A stretch of 64,000 nt of DNA from an uncultured Methanobrevibacter sp. (GTDB lineage: Archaea; Methanobacteriota; Methanobacteria; Methanobacteriales; Methanobacteriaceae): positions 1,507 through 65,506 of the forward strand of contig CAZQWN010000002.1 in the NCBI GenBank assembly GCA_964596915.1. Direction: 5' to 3'. Shown here in pieces: positions 37,115-46,472 of the stretch. The notes beneath the pieces are model-generated. The model saw only the letters and a program-made list of their open reading frames with translations. It was not told where the DNA came from and searched no databases. Within the stretch, counting starts at the first letter, position 1; every line of letters starts with the position of its first letter. Both the position numbers and the translations under genes were made by a program.

Positions 37115-37405
37115 TTATGCACCTCCGTTCTTGTTTGCTTTAATATTTTTGATAGCGCCATATATTGCCTGAATACCTAATATGACAATTGCTAATCCTC
37201 CAATAAATGTAATGTAGTTTGAATATTGGATTGCAACTTCTGTTGCTACAGTTCCGATAATTAACCATATAATTACTGCAATTATACTTAATCCACCTAA
37301 TATTTTCGGATTTACGCCCTGAACAACACCTTGTGATGCTAAAATTAAATTTTCAATATTTCCAAATATTATTAATCCAATAAAAGGTACATATGCTTCT
37401 AACAA
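37115..37405 (-). CDS. Small 3-TM membrane protein, tandem paralogue 1
   Basis: FGNIENLILASQGVV..IIWLIIGTV..GGLAIVILGIQ is collinear with the downstream copy. Confidence 0.55.
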   Translation of the reverse strand: MLEAYVPFIGLIIFGNIENLILASQGVVQGVNPKILGGLSIIAVIIWLIIGTVATEVAIQYSNYITFIGGLAIVILGIQAIYGAIKNIKANKNGGA

Positions 37406-37482
37406 ATTATCACCATATAAGTTTTTATATCTAGTTCTATTTAATTATTGTTAATTTAAAATAGTTTGAGTTTTATGAATTA

Positions 37483-37710
37483 TTATTTAAATTCAAACAC
37501 TGAGGTTATTTTTCTATTTTTTTTCATTATTTTCAATGCCGATTGAACAATAGGATTAACAACTATAGCTAATGATGGAGTATATGGAAATTCCTTTTGA
37601 ATAAACTCTTCACATTTCATGTTGTCTTTGAGGATGAATGAGAGGACATCTATTCTTGATGAAAGGTCTCCTTTGGATAACCTCTGACATCCCACATTAG
37701 TCCCCTCCAA
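37483..37710 (-). CDS. Hypothetical small protein; coding status uncertain
   Basis: 75-aa ORF with no recognisable motifs, lying next to IS debris. Confidence 0.25.
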   Translation of the reverse strand: MEGTNVGCQRLSKGDLSSRIDVLSFILKDNMKCEEFIQKEFPYTPSLAIVVNPIVQSALKIMKKNRKITSVFEFK

Positions 37711-37989
37711 TTTACAGATGGTCTTGGTGTATAAATTACAGTTGGTATGGGTCGTTATACCATATTATTTTGTCATGGTGTTATGCATTTTGCCAGAGCA
37801 GAATGTAATTTTAACGGCTACAAAATGTAGCCACTTCAACACATTCTTTGCTAAAGATTATTAATTAACACAATCCAGTACTTACTAATTATCTCCAATA
37901 ATTTCTAACAACATTATTTTCAAGATTCCTTTTTGTATAACTGGTTTAATCCCACCAATCCCCGGTCAAGAAATTAATTATATGTTTTT

Positions 37990-38137
37990 TCTCAATTCCA
38001 TTATGATCATTTAATACCCCGAACAAATAACAATATCGAACGATACTTTGGAATAACCCTGCCTAGTCACATTAAAAGAAAATATCGCACAGTAGAAGGT
38101 TTAACAAGATGGTTAAAATTACAAAAAATAATGGATT
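37990..38137 (+). pseudogene. C-terminal remnant of a DDE transposase
   Basis: The region translates to ..HLIPRTNNNIERYFGITLPSHIKRKYRTVEGLTRWLKLQKIMD*. The TNN.IER motif looks like the final catalytic-Glu region of IS256-type DDE transposases. There is no upstream ORF. Confidence 0.35.
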
Positions 38138-38297
38138 AGATGAAATGTATTGTATGATTACACTATTAAAAACATGTCATTAAATTAAAACTAAGGTTTT
38201 TCATGTTATATTTTAAAGCAAGGATAAATTAAAATGGTGGAAGTATTTGCATCTTCAATAATTTGTTCAAAAAAAAGAGTAGTAAATGCTTATGCAT

Positions 38298-39779
38298 TTA
38301 CTTTTTAACTTTTGCAGTTTTTTTAGCAGAAAAACTGCTGTATTTCGCTAGATATGTAATTGTTTTACCCACTTTAAGCTTTTTCAATATACTTTGTTTT
38401 ATTGTAAATTTAGCAATGCCTTTTGAATTGGTTTTTGCTTTGTAGGTTTTACCATTGAATTTGAAGGTTACCTGTTTGCTTTTAAGTGCTGAAGAACCTT
38501 TTTTGAGTGTTGCCTGCAATGTCAGTTTTTTTGCAGATTTTTTAACTGTCACTGTTTTCAGAGTAATTTTTGTATTTTTATAAATACAGTTTTTAACGGT
38601 TCCTCCATAGATATCTTTACCTTTAGGTGCCTTATTATCACTAAAAGTACATTTCACAGCCTTTGCACAGTGAACGTTATCTGAATCGGAAGTTCTAAAT
38701 CCATATATTGCTCCTCCTCTTTCACCTGCAACATTGTTTGTAAAGGTTGATTCTTCAATTGAATTGGAATAATATTTGATGCTTGAAACCCATGTGCCGT
38801 TCTCGTAATGTCCTGTTTGTTCATGGCATTTGAAATAGACTGCTCCTCCATACATTGACACTTGATTTTTATTGAATTTTGAACTTTTAATAAATAAATC
38901 TTTACATCCAAACACTGCAGCTCCTTTTTCACCAGCCTTGTTTGAATTGAATGTTGAAGAGCTGATGTCTATATGGGAGTATGCATAAACTGCTCCACCT
39001 CCACGGCCGTTTGCTACATTGTTGGTAAATACGCAGTTGGTTATTGTGTCTTTTCCATGTTCAAGAAGGGCTTGCATTGCAATACTTAAAAGAAGGTTTA
39101 AATCTTCAGTGGCATTTTGACCTGCAAAATAATTTCTATAGAACTCTGCACCCTTTTTGAGAGTTAGTGAGAAAACGGCTCCGGCATCACCTCCAGCGTA
39201 ATTCTTATCGAATTTGGAGTTTTTTAAAGTTAATGCTCCTAAAGAGTTTATAGCGCCCCCTGCAGTGTTAGCATTATTGTTTGTGAAATAACAGTTATCA
39301 ATTGTTAAATCTGCAAAGTTCAATATTGCGCCACCGTAGATTTTGGCGTTACCGTTTTTAAATGTGATATTATTTAGTGTAACTTTGTGGAATGATAATC
39401 CATTACCATAGTTGATATTAAAAATTCTGGATTCGCCCATTCCATCAATAACATGGCCATTACCATTAATTGTAATGTCCTTATTGATGAATACTCCGGA
39501 TGTGAGTTTAAAATCGTTGTTGTACTTGTAATCCTGTGTTAAATTAAGGGTACTTCCTTTTTCCGCTTGATTAATCTTTGATTGCAATGCTGTGAAAGTT
39601 CCATCATCAGTATTTGTGTCTCCAACTGGTTGATTTTCATCATTATTAATCTCTTCTAAATAGTTAATGTCACTTTCGTCATTTGCTATGGCTGTTTCAT
39701 TAACATCACTTGCAAAAACACCTGAAACACTAAATAATACACAAGCAATTAATAATATAATAAATAACTTTTTTTTCAT
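38298..39779 (-). CDS. Adhesin-like protein: signal peptide, beta-helix (PMP-type) repeats and a C-terminal Big-like domain
   Basis: Repeated GGAI/GGAV..F.NN motifs and a C-terminal VTFKFNGKTYKAKTNSKGIAKFTI module. Confidence 0.8.
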   Translation of the reverse strand: MKKKLFIILLIACVLFSVSGVFASDVNETAIANDESDINYLEEINNDENQPVGDTNTDDGTFTALQSKINQAEKGSTLNLTQDYKYNNDFKLTSGVFINKDITINGNGHVIDGMGESRIFNINYGNGLSFHKVTLNNITFKNGNAKIYGGAILNFADLTIDNCYFTNNNANTAGGAINSLGALTLKNSKFDKNYAGGDAGAVFSLTLKKGAEFYRNYFAGQNATEDLNLLLSIAMQALLEHGKDTITNCVFTNNVANGRGGGAVYAYSHIDISSSTFNSNKAGEKGAAVFGCKDLFIKSSKFNKNQVSMYGGAVYFKCHEQTGHYENGTWVSSIKYYSNSIEESTFTNNVAGERGGAIYGFRTSDSDNVHCAKAVKCTFSDNKAPKGKDIYGGTVKNCIYKNTKITLKTVTVKKSAKKLTLQATLKKGSSALKSKQVTFKFNGKTYKAKTNSKGIAKFTIKQSILKKLKVGKTITYLAKYSSFSAKKTAKVKK

Positions 39780-39832
39780 GTTATTATCACCGTGTTTTTC
39801 ATTAAAAAATAATAGAAGTTAATAATTAACTT

Positions 39833-41671
39833 CTAGAATAATCCGCTTTCCCCCAATTTTTCTTCAAAGAATTTTGAATTTTTATCTGCTTTTTCCTTAA
39901 TGACAATTGCAACGATAACTGTTATTATTCCAATTGCTAAAAGAATAACCAATGCAGGCCAATAATTTGACCATACAACACCTAATTGTGCTTCCCGTAT
40001 CAGTTTAATTGCATAAGTCATTGGCAGGCAGGGATATAACACTTGGAAAAATTTGTGCATAATTTCGATTGGATATATTCCTCCGGTTCCAGATATTTGG
40101 AATACAAGAAGAATCACGGTTATTCCTTGTCCAACGGTTCCAATTGCAGAAATTATTGAATATATTAATATCATAAACACTGCCGATACTAAAATTGTTG
40201 AAAATATAAACAGGGGATAATTATCCACATAAACTCCTAACAGAAAAATTCCAATGATAGTTACACAAGCTTGCAGTATGCTCATAACTACATATAATAA
40301 TAGTTTTCCGGAATACATTTCAAATGGGGAATATTTGGTTCCTGCACTTGATTTCGGTTCAATCATTGAACAAGTGATTAATGCACCGACCCACATGGAT
40401 AATACAAGATAGAATGGTGCTACGTTAGACCCGTAGTCTGGGACAGGATATAATTCATGTCTGTCCAGTTTAATTGGTGAGAAGAAATAATCTCCAAGGA
40501 GAGTTTCATTAATACCTGTAATTGCTGAGAGCTGGTCTGCAGTTGCTCCAAGTGAACCTGATGCGGTGAATAATGCCTGTGCAGCTGCATTTCCAAGTAA
40601 TTCTGCACCTGCTGCAAGGCTTAATGATCCTTCTGCCAATTGCACAGAACCGTCTGCAAGGGTACTGGCACCTCCAGCAACTTCGCTTGATCCTTCAGCT
40701 AATTGAACTGAACCGTTTGCCAGCGAACTGGCTCCCTGAGCAACTTGGCTTGATCCTTCAGCTACTTTTCCACTACCCTTCGCAAGTTCTGAACTGCTTT
40801 CAACATATGATTTCACCGGTCCGTCTGGAATTAATGATGAGTCTACTGCGGAGTCCAGTTCTTCTGAACCTTTCTGTACTTGGCTTGCGCCCTGTTGCAC
40901 GGCGCTGGAACCTTTCTGTACTTGGCTTGCACCTTGCTGGACTGTACTTTTACCCTGCTGTACTTGGCTTGCCCCATCTTTTACTTGACTTGCCCCATCT
41001 TGAACCTGACTGACACCAGAGGAGACTTGTCCTGCACCGGAGGATACTTGCGCAGCGCCTGATTGAAGTTGGCTTCCTCCACTAGCTAATTGTCCGGCAC
41101 CAGATGCAAGACCTTCCTGTAATTCTCCAAGTTTTCCGTATGCTGCAAGGTTAATGATTTGAATAATTTTTGCATTAAGTGTTGTATAAACAGTGTTTGC
41201 ACCGGAATCTGTCAATTTTGTAGCCACTGGATTGGATTTAATATTTACTATATATTCTAATTCTGCTTGTTTCGGATTATCTCCTGCAATCGAAACAACA
41301 TTTTCCGTCAGATTTTTGGGTATCACTATACCCGCATAATACTTTCCACTATCCACTCCGTCCCGTAGTTCATCTTCTGTGACGAATGTCCAATTGAATT
41401 TATCGTTCTTTTTTAAATCTTTAACAAGTTCATTTCCAACATTTATGTTTGTTCCTTGAAAAGAATAACCATTATCAAGATTTGCAATTGCAAATCCCAC
41501 ATTTCCTGTGTTTCCATAAGGATCCCAACATGCCTGTATGTTTATAAGAGCATAAAGGGAAGGGAGTATTATTATTGCAATCAAAACAATGGTAACGATA
41601 GGATTTGAAAATGCTGCTTTGAAATCGTTTTTCATTATCTCAACGATATTTCCTACATCTTTACGTCCCAT
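39833..41671 (-). CDS. YhgE/Pip-domain membrane protein (ABC-2-type permease-like) with a long Gly/Ser/Gln/Val-rich repeat insert
   Basis: The likely start is MGRKDVGNIVEIMKNDFK. An N-terminal TM is followed by the YhgE/Pip pattern (YAGIVIPKNLT) and about 175 aa of GASQVQxG-type repeats. A C-terminal multi-TM domain follows. Confidence 0.75.
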   Translation of the reverse strand: MGRKDVGNIVEIMKNDFKAAFSNPIVTIVLIAIIILPSLYALINIQACWDPYGNTGNVGFAIANLDNGYSFQGTNINVGNELVKDLKKNDKFNWTFVTEDELRDGVDSGKYYAGIVIPKNLTENVVSIAGDNPKQAELEYIVNIKSNPVATKLTDSGANTVYTTLNAKIIQIINLAAYGKLGELQEGLASGAGQLASGGSQLQSGAAQVSSGAGQVSSGVSQVQDGASQVKDGASQVQQGKSTVQQGASQVQKGSSAVQQGASQVQKGSEELDSAVDSSLIPDGPVKSYVESSSELAKGSGKVAEGSSQVAQGASSLANGSVQLAEGSSEVAGGASTLADGSVQLAEGSLSLAAGAELLGNAAAQALFTASGSLGATADQLSAITGINETLLGDYFFSPIKLDRHELYPVPDYGSNVAPFYLVLSMWVGALITCSMIEPKSSAGTKYSPFEMYSGKLLLYVVMSILQACVTIIGIFLLGVYVDNYPLFIFSTILVSAVFMILIYSIISAIGTVGQGITVILLVFQISGTGGIYPIEIMHKFFQVLYPCLPMTYAIKLIREAQLGVVWSNYWPALVILLAIGIITVIVAIVIKEKADKNSKFFEEKLGESGLF

Positions 41672-42045
41672 ATTCTCACTTTCAGTATTAATTTTTAAAT
41701 TAAGATAAAATTTAAAGAGATTCATAAATTGAAATACCAAAACTTTTAGGGTGAAATCAATCCATAAATTGTAACTTTAATATTAATTAATCTTTAATTT
41801 ATAATATATGTAAAAAATTTTATAAAAAAGTTTCTATATTACTGCTTTGATGAAAAAATATTGCTCTAAAATTAAGTAACTGCTAAATGGGCATTTTTTT
41901 TTAAAATTGAACGCCGTGAATAATATCTAATGAATGAAAATATTTTATTTGCATAACAGTTTTTAGATTTTTTTTATTAAAATAATATTTATACTTGGAA
42001 GTAAAATATTATATATGTATAAATGATTATTTTGAGGAAAATATA

Positions 42046-43938
42046 ATGAATTTAAAGGAATTAGTCACAGGAGGGCCTGGTGATAAACAGTTTTTACTAG
42101 GTAATGAAGCTGCTGTTAGAGGAGTTATAGAGGCAGGTGTTTCTATTGCAGCTACATATCCGGGAACTCCTTCTTCAGAGATTGGAAATGTATTATCAGT
42201 ATTGGCAAAGGACGCCAATATTTATTTTGAATTTTCTACTAATGAAAAGGTTGCAATGGAGGTTGCAGCAACTGCAGCGGCATCCGGACTCAGGTCATTC
42301 ACATTCATGAAGCACGTAGGTATGAATGTTGCATCCGATTCATTCATGACAACCGCATATTCCGGTGTCAATGGCGGAATGGTTATCTTATCTGCAGATG
42401 ACCCTTCACTCTTTTCATCTCAAAATGAACAGGACACCCGTAACTATGCAAGACTGGCCAATGTGCCTATCTTAGAACCGTCAAACTGTCAGGAAGTTAA
42501 AGATATGGTAAAATATGCATTTGATCTGTCAGAACAGTTTAATTTACCTGTAATTGTCAGGACAACAACTCGTGTATCACATATGAGGGGTGTAGTTGAA
42601 TTTGGAGATGTTAAAGACAACTCATCAAACAGTGAAGACCACTGGAGGAGAGGTCATTTCAAAAAGGATCCTTCCAATTATGTTCCTGTTCCGGCATTTG
42701 CAGGAGATATGCATGTAAGGCTATGGGATAAGATTCATAAACTTGAAGATGTCACCAACAAAAGCGATTACAACATTGAAATTGACTTTGCGGGGGATAA
42801 GAAATACGGTCTGATTGCTTCAAGCAGTGCTTACAATTACGCTCATGATGTTGTAAAATTCAACGGTTTGAATGTTGACATTTTAAAATTGGGATTTTCA
42901 TATCCGTTCCCACAGCAAAGGGTTGCTGAATTTTTAAGCAATTTGGATGAAGTGTTCATTGTTGAGGAAGTCGACCCAATTATTGAAAAGGATGTTTTGG
43001 CTACAATCGGTGCTAAAAACCTAAACGTTACAGTTCACGGAAAACTGGATGGAACATTCCCGCTTTTCCATGAATTCAATTCAGATGTTGTGGCTGAAGG
43101 TTTAAATAAAATTTTAAACTTCATTAGTGATGATGAAATCAAATTTTCCCAAAGCCTTGAAAAATTAAGTGATGACATTCCGTCAAGAGCACCTGTACTG
43201 TGTGCAGGATGTCCTCACAGGGCGATGTATTATGGAATAAACAAGGCTATTGACGAGCTTGGATTGAAAACATCAGATGTGGTGTTTGCATCAGATATAG
43301 GATGCTACACATTAGGTATCAATCCGCCTTACAACGCTGCGGATTACCTATTGTCAATGGGTTCAAGCGTAGGGGACGGCTGCGGATTTTCAGTATCAAC
43401 CGACCAGAAAGTAGCAAGTTTCATTGGAGATTCAACATTTTTCCACAGCGGAATTTCACCACTGATAAATGCGGTTCACAACAAGCATAACTTTGTCTTG
43501 ACTGTTTTGGACAACAGAATCACTGCAATGACTGGCGGTCAGCCAAACCCGGGTATTCCAATCGACGGTATGGGTGATGAGGCTCCTGAAGTTTCAATCC
43601 GTAAACTGGCTGTGGCATGTGGCTGTGACTATGTACGTGTAATCAATCCGTTCAACTTGGAACAGGTTGTAAAAACCTACACTGAAGCTTTCCAAAGGAA
43701 TGACACTGCGGTTATTGTTTCAAAAGCTCCATGTACATTAATTAAAGGTTTAACCAAAAAACCTCCAGTTAATTTGGTTGAAAAGAATTGTAATAATTGT
43801 GACAAGTGTGTAAGTGAACTTGCTTGTCCGGCAATTTCAAAAATCAATGGAAAAATCACAATAGATACAGCTCAATGTGACGGATGTAACGTCTGTATTC
43901 AGGTATGTAAATATGGTGCTCTAGAGGCAGGTAGGTGA
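42046..43938 (+). CDS. iorA: Indolepyruvate:ferredoxin oxidoreductase subunit alpha
   Basis: GNEAAVRGVIEAGV..ATYPGTPSSEI, the TPP-binding region GDSTFFHSG and a C-terminal 2x[4Fe-4S] (CNNCDKCVSELACP and CDGCNVCIQVC). The ATG is at 42046. Confidence 0.85.
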   Translation: MNLKELVTGGPGDKQFLLGNEAAVRGVIEAGVSIAATYPGTPSSEIGNVLSVLAKDANIYFEFSTNEKVAMEVAATAAASGLRSFTFMKHVGMNVASDSFMTTAYSGVNGGMVILSADDPSLFSSQNEQDTRNYARLANVPILEPSNCQEVKDMVKYAFDLSEQFNLPVIVRTTTRVSHMRGVVEFGDVKDNSSNSEDHWRRGHFKKDPSNYVPVPAFAGDMHVRLWDKIHKLEDVTNKSDYNIEIDFAGDKKYGLIASSSAYNYAHDVVKFNGLNVDILKLGFSYPFPQQRVAEFLSNLDEVFIVEEVDPIIEKDVLATIGAKNLNVTVHGKLDGTFPLFHEFNSDVVAEGLNKILNFISDDEIKFSQSLEKLSDDIPSRAPVLCAGCPHRAMYYGINKAIDELGLKTSDVVFASDIGCYTLGINPPYNAADYLLSMGSSVGDGCGFSVSTDQKVASFIGDSTFFHSGISPLINAVHNKHNFVLTVLDNRITAMTGGQPNPGIPIDGMGDEAPEVSIRKLAVACGCDYVRVINPFNLEQVVKTYTEAFQRNDTAVIVSKAPCTLIKGLTKKPPVNLVEKNCNNCDKCVSELACPAISKINGKITIDTAQCDGCNVCIQVCKYGALEAGR

Positions 43939-43942
43939 GAAA

Positions 43943-44527
43943 ATGGATAATCATTATAGTATTTATATTTGCGGTGTAGGAGGTCAAGGAATCATTAAAA
44001 CCTCTACAATTATTGGTGAAGCTGCGATGAACCAGGGTTTGGAAGTTGTAATGAGTGAAATTCACGGTATGTCTCAAAGAGGAGGATCAGTATCTACTGA
44101 ATTGAAAATTGGAGGATACAATTCATCAATCATTCCGAATAAGGGAGCAGATATGTTACTTTCCTTCGAACCTATTGAAACAATAAGGGGTCTTGATAAG
44201 GTAAACTCAGAAACTAAGATAGTTTATAATACTCATCCTATTATCCCTTCTTCAACAGATAATCCATATCCAAGTGTGGACAATATAACCAAAGTTTTAA
44301 AAGAGAACTTTAAGCATGTTTTACCAATCAATGGTACTGAACTGGCTATTGAAGCGGGAAGCGTTTTAGCTTTGAATATGGTTCTTTTAGGTGCAGTAAC
44401 TGCTGATGATAAGTTTCCTTTAACTAAAGAATCAGTAATTGATGCTATGAAGAATAATTTAAAACCTAAATTCCATGACATGAACTTAAAAGCTATTGAA
44501 AGCGGATATAAATCTATCAAAGGTTAA
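43943..44527 (+). CDS. iorB: Indolepyruvate:ferredoxin oxidoreductase subunit beta
   Basis: ICGVGGQGI....GEAA......V..SEIHGMSQRGGSV is the pattern of the gamma-type domain of 2-oxoacid:Fd oxidoreductases. The gene lies directly after iorA. Confidence 0.85.
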   Translation: MDNHYSIYICGVGGQGIIKTSTIIGEAAMNQGLEVVMSEIHGMSQRGGSVSTELKIGGYNSSIIPNKGADMLLSFEPIETIRGLDKVNSETKIVYNTHPIIPSSTDNPYPSVDNITKVLKENFKHVLPINGTELAIEAGSVLALNMVLLGAVTADDKFPLTKESVIDAMKNNLKPKFHDMNLKAIESGYKSIKG

Positions 44528-44581
44528 CTTATAAATAGTATTTAAAATATATTCTATAGTAGAGAAAAAAGTTGTGGTATT

Positions 44582-44860
44582 ATGGCTTACAAAATAGACA
44601 ATGCAATTGTAAAAAAAGATATAACAGGTAATTTAACATTAATTGATCCGGATAATGTTTTTGAAGATGAAGATGCATTTATCGCAGTAAAAAGCGACGA
44701 TTTAATTACTATTCAACTTTTAATCAATGGTATTTTGAAAAATGATTTTAAAAGTTGGAGAGAATTAGGCGTAATTCCTGAAAATGATCCTTTAAAAAGT
44801 CTTTTTGTACGTCTAGGTTATTCTAAAGAAGATATAGCTAACATGTTAAAAGATTTATAG
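44582..44860 (+). CDS. Hypothetical protein (92 aa)
   Basis: Clean ORF with GTGG upstream and no recognisable motif. Confidence 0.4.
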   Translation: MAYKIDNAIVKKDITGNLTLIDPDNVFEDEDAFIAVKSDDLITIQLLINGILKNDFKSWRELGVIPENDPLKSLFVRLGYSKEDIANMLKDL

Positions 44861-44920
44861 CTATTTTTCTTTTTACTTTTTTTCTTTATTTTTTGTATAC
44901 GTTTTTTTCCATTTTGTTGG

Positions 44921-45034
44921 TATTGTTTTCTTTTTTGGATATTGTACTTATTTTAGAAAATTGTTTTCATTTGGAAATATTGCTTTGATTTATTATTATT
45001 GTTTTAATTTCGTATTATTGCTTTGATAAAGTAA
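44921..45034. repeat. Six degenerate tandem units with exact 19-bp periodicity (iteron-like array)
   Basis: The core (T/A)ATTG(T/C) starts at 44921, 44940, 44959, 44978, 44997 and 45016. The units are tattgttttcttttttgga, tattgtacttattttagaa, aattgttttcatttggaaa, tattgctttgatttattat, tattgttttaatttcgtat and tattgctttgataaagtaa. Confidence 0.7.
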
Positions 45035-45145
45035 AATTTACTTCTAAAAACCATTTTATTTAAATTAATATCTTTTAATTTTAATATAAAACTTTTTAAA
45101 TCTTGTTTTTCATAATATACTCATTAATATTGGAGGTGTCTTAAA

Positions 45146-46015
45146 ATGGCTGAATTTCAGGAAGACATGTTGTTTAAAAATGTGTCTGATGAAGATGCTA
45201 GTATTCTTTTAGAGATTTTAGGCAAAAAATCAAAAAGAACTAAAGTTTGGAATAAAGAATTAAGGCATATTGACCCAACCAACTACAAACCGGATTTAAT
45301 TTTGGATTTGGATGATGAGAATTTAATTGTTGAGTTTCAAAGTACTGAAGTTGGGAATGATTTTTCAAGAAGAGCTCACAGTTATGTTGCATTAACTGAT
45401 CAGCATAAGAAAAATGATAAGGAAGTTAATTTATCAGTTTTGAGCACTGCTGAAGATTCTAAAATCGTTGAGTATAAATATAATAGATTAAATGTCTTCA
45501 AATATGAGGTTCATGGATTGAATAATTTAGATGGTGAAGAAATTATAAATAATGTTAAAACTAAACTTAAATATAATGAACCATTAAGTGGTAAAGACAT
45601 TATATTATTGGCTTTAGTGCCATTAAGCAAAAAAGGTAAAAACATTGTTGAATACATTTACAGAGTTATAAAAATTTTGTTCAATTTGAAAAATTTAACA
45701 TCCTCTCAAAAAGATTTATCTTTTGGTATTATGTGGTTAACAACAGATAAATTTGTTGCTGATTCACTTGAAAGGAATATTATTTGCGATTTGTTGGGTG
45801 GTAGAATGAGTTTAATACATGAATATGGTGAAAACAAGTATCAAGATGGAAAAGATGACGGTATTGAGCAAGGTATTGAGCAAGGTATTGAGCAAGGTAT
45901 TGAGCAAATCATTGTCAATCTTTTAAAATCTGGTGAAGATGCTAGTGTCATTGCGAAAAATGCGGATGTTTCTTTAGAAAAAGTGTTGGAAATAAAAAAT
46001 AAAAATAATTTGTAG
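45146..46015 (+). CDS. Rpn/YhgA-like (PDDEXK_2, Transposase_31) recombination-promoting nuclease family protein
   Basis: KPDLILDLDDENLIVEFQST is the D...E-x-Q/K core typical of Rpn proteins. The C-terminal (GIEQ)4 repeat and helical tail (IIVNLLKSGEDASVIAKNADVSLEKV) are also family-typical. The RBS is GGAGGTG. Confidence 0.75.
   Translation: MAEFQEDMLFKNVSDEDASILLEILGKKSKRTKVWNKELRHIDPTNYKPDLILDLDDENLIVEFQSTEVGNDFSRRAHSYVALTDQHKKNDKEVNLSVLSTAEDSKIVEYKYNRLNVFKYEVHGLNNLDGEEIINNVKTKLKYNEPLSGKDIILLALVPLSKKGKNIVEYIYRVIKILFNLKNLTSSQKDLSFGIMWLTTDKFVADSLERNIICDLLGGRMSLIHEYGENKYQDGKDDGIEQGIEQGIEQGIEQIIVNLLKSGEDASVIAKNADVSLEKVLEIKNKNNL
45860..45907 (+). repeat. Perfect 12-bp tandem repeat x4 (GGTATTGAGCAA) encoding (GIEQ)4
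   Basis: Read directly from the sequence; four identical units. Confidence 0.9.
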
Positions 46016-46032
46016 AAAAGAGTAATTCTTTT

Positions 46033-46464
46033 CTATAAATCTTTAATATCGTTTTCATCTAAGATTTTAACATTGCTTTCGCCTAAAGCTTCAATAGCTT
46101 GTTCCATGTTTTCCAATCTCATAACAACGATTGCTTCATCGGTTTTGTTGCTTACGAAAGCGTAAAGATATTCTAAGTTAATGTCTTTTTCATCGAAAAT
46201 TTCTAAAGTTGAATTCAATCCGTTAGGTTCATCAGGAACAGCTAAGATAATAACTTCATTTTCTTTTACAATAAAACCATCTTTTTCAAGAGCTTCCATT
46301 GCTTTTTCATTGTCTGAAACAATTAATCTTAAAATTCCGTATTTTGTTGTATCGGCTATTGAAAGTGCACGAATGTTAATGTTTTCTTTCGCTAATGTGT
46401 CAATAGCTTTTTTAATTCTTCCTTCTTTGTTTTCCACGAAAATTGAAATTTGTTTTACTGCCAT
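46033..46464 (-). CDS. ACT domain-containing protein (tandem ACT)
   Basis: The 143-aa protein starts ISIFVENKEGRIKKAIDTLAKENINIRALSI and has a second similar half. It lies immediately downstream of the paaK-like gene. Confidence 0.7.
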   Translation of the reverse strand: MAVKQISIFVENKEGRIKKAIDTLAKENINIRALSIADTTKYGILRLIVSDNEKAMEALEKDGFIVKENEVIILAVPDEPNGLNSTLEIFDEKDINLEYLYAFVSNKTDEAIVVMRLENMEQAIEALGESNVKILDENDIKDL

Positions 46465-46472
46465 TTTATCAC

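Noticed and set aside
40573-41013. 146-aa and 60-aa ORFs antisense to the YhgE/Pip gene.
   Set aside because: They lie opposite the GC-rich GASQVQ repeat block and have Leu/Pro/Gln-rich low-complexity translations, which is a classic shadow-ORF artefact. The same reasoning applies to the antisense ORFs within the adhesin genes: 7558-7797, 8206-8490, 9226-9531, 16865-17074, 17482-17736, 19294-19494, 22117-22314, 22912-23262 and 38654-38932.
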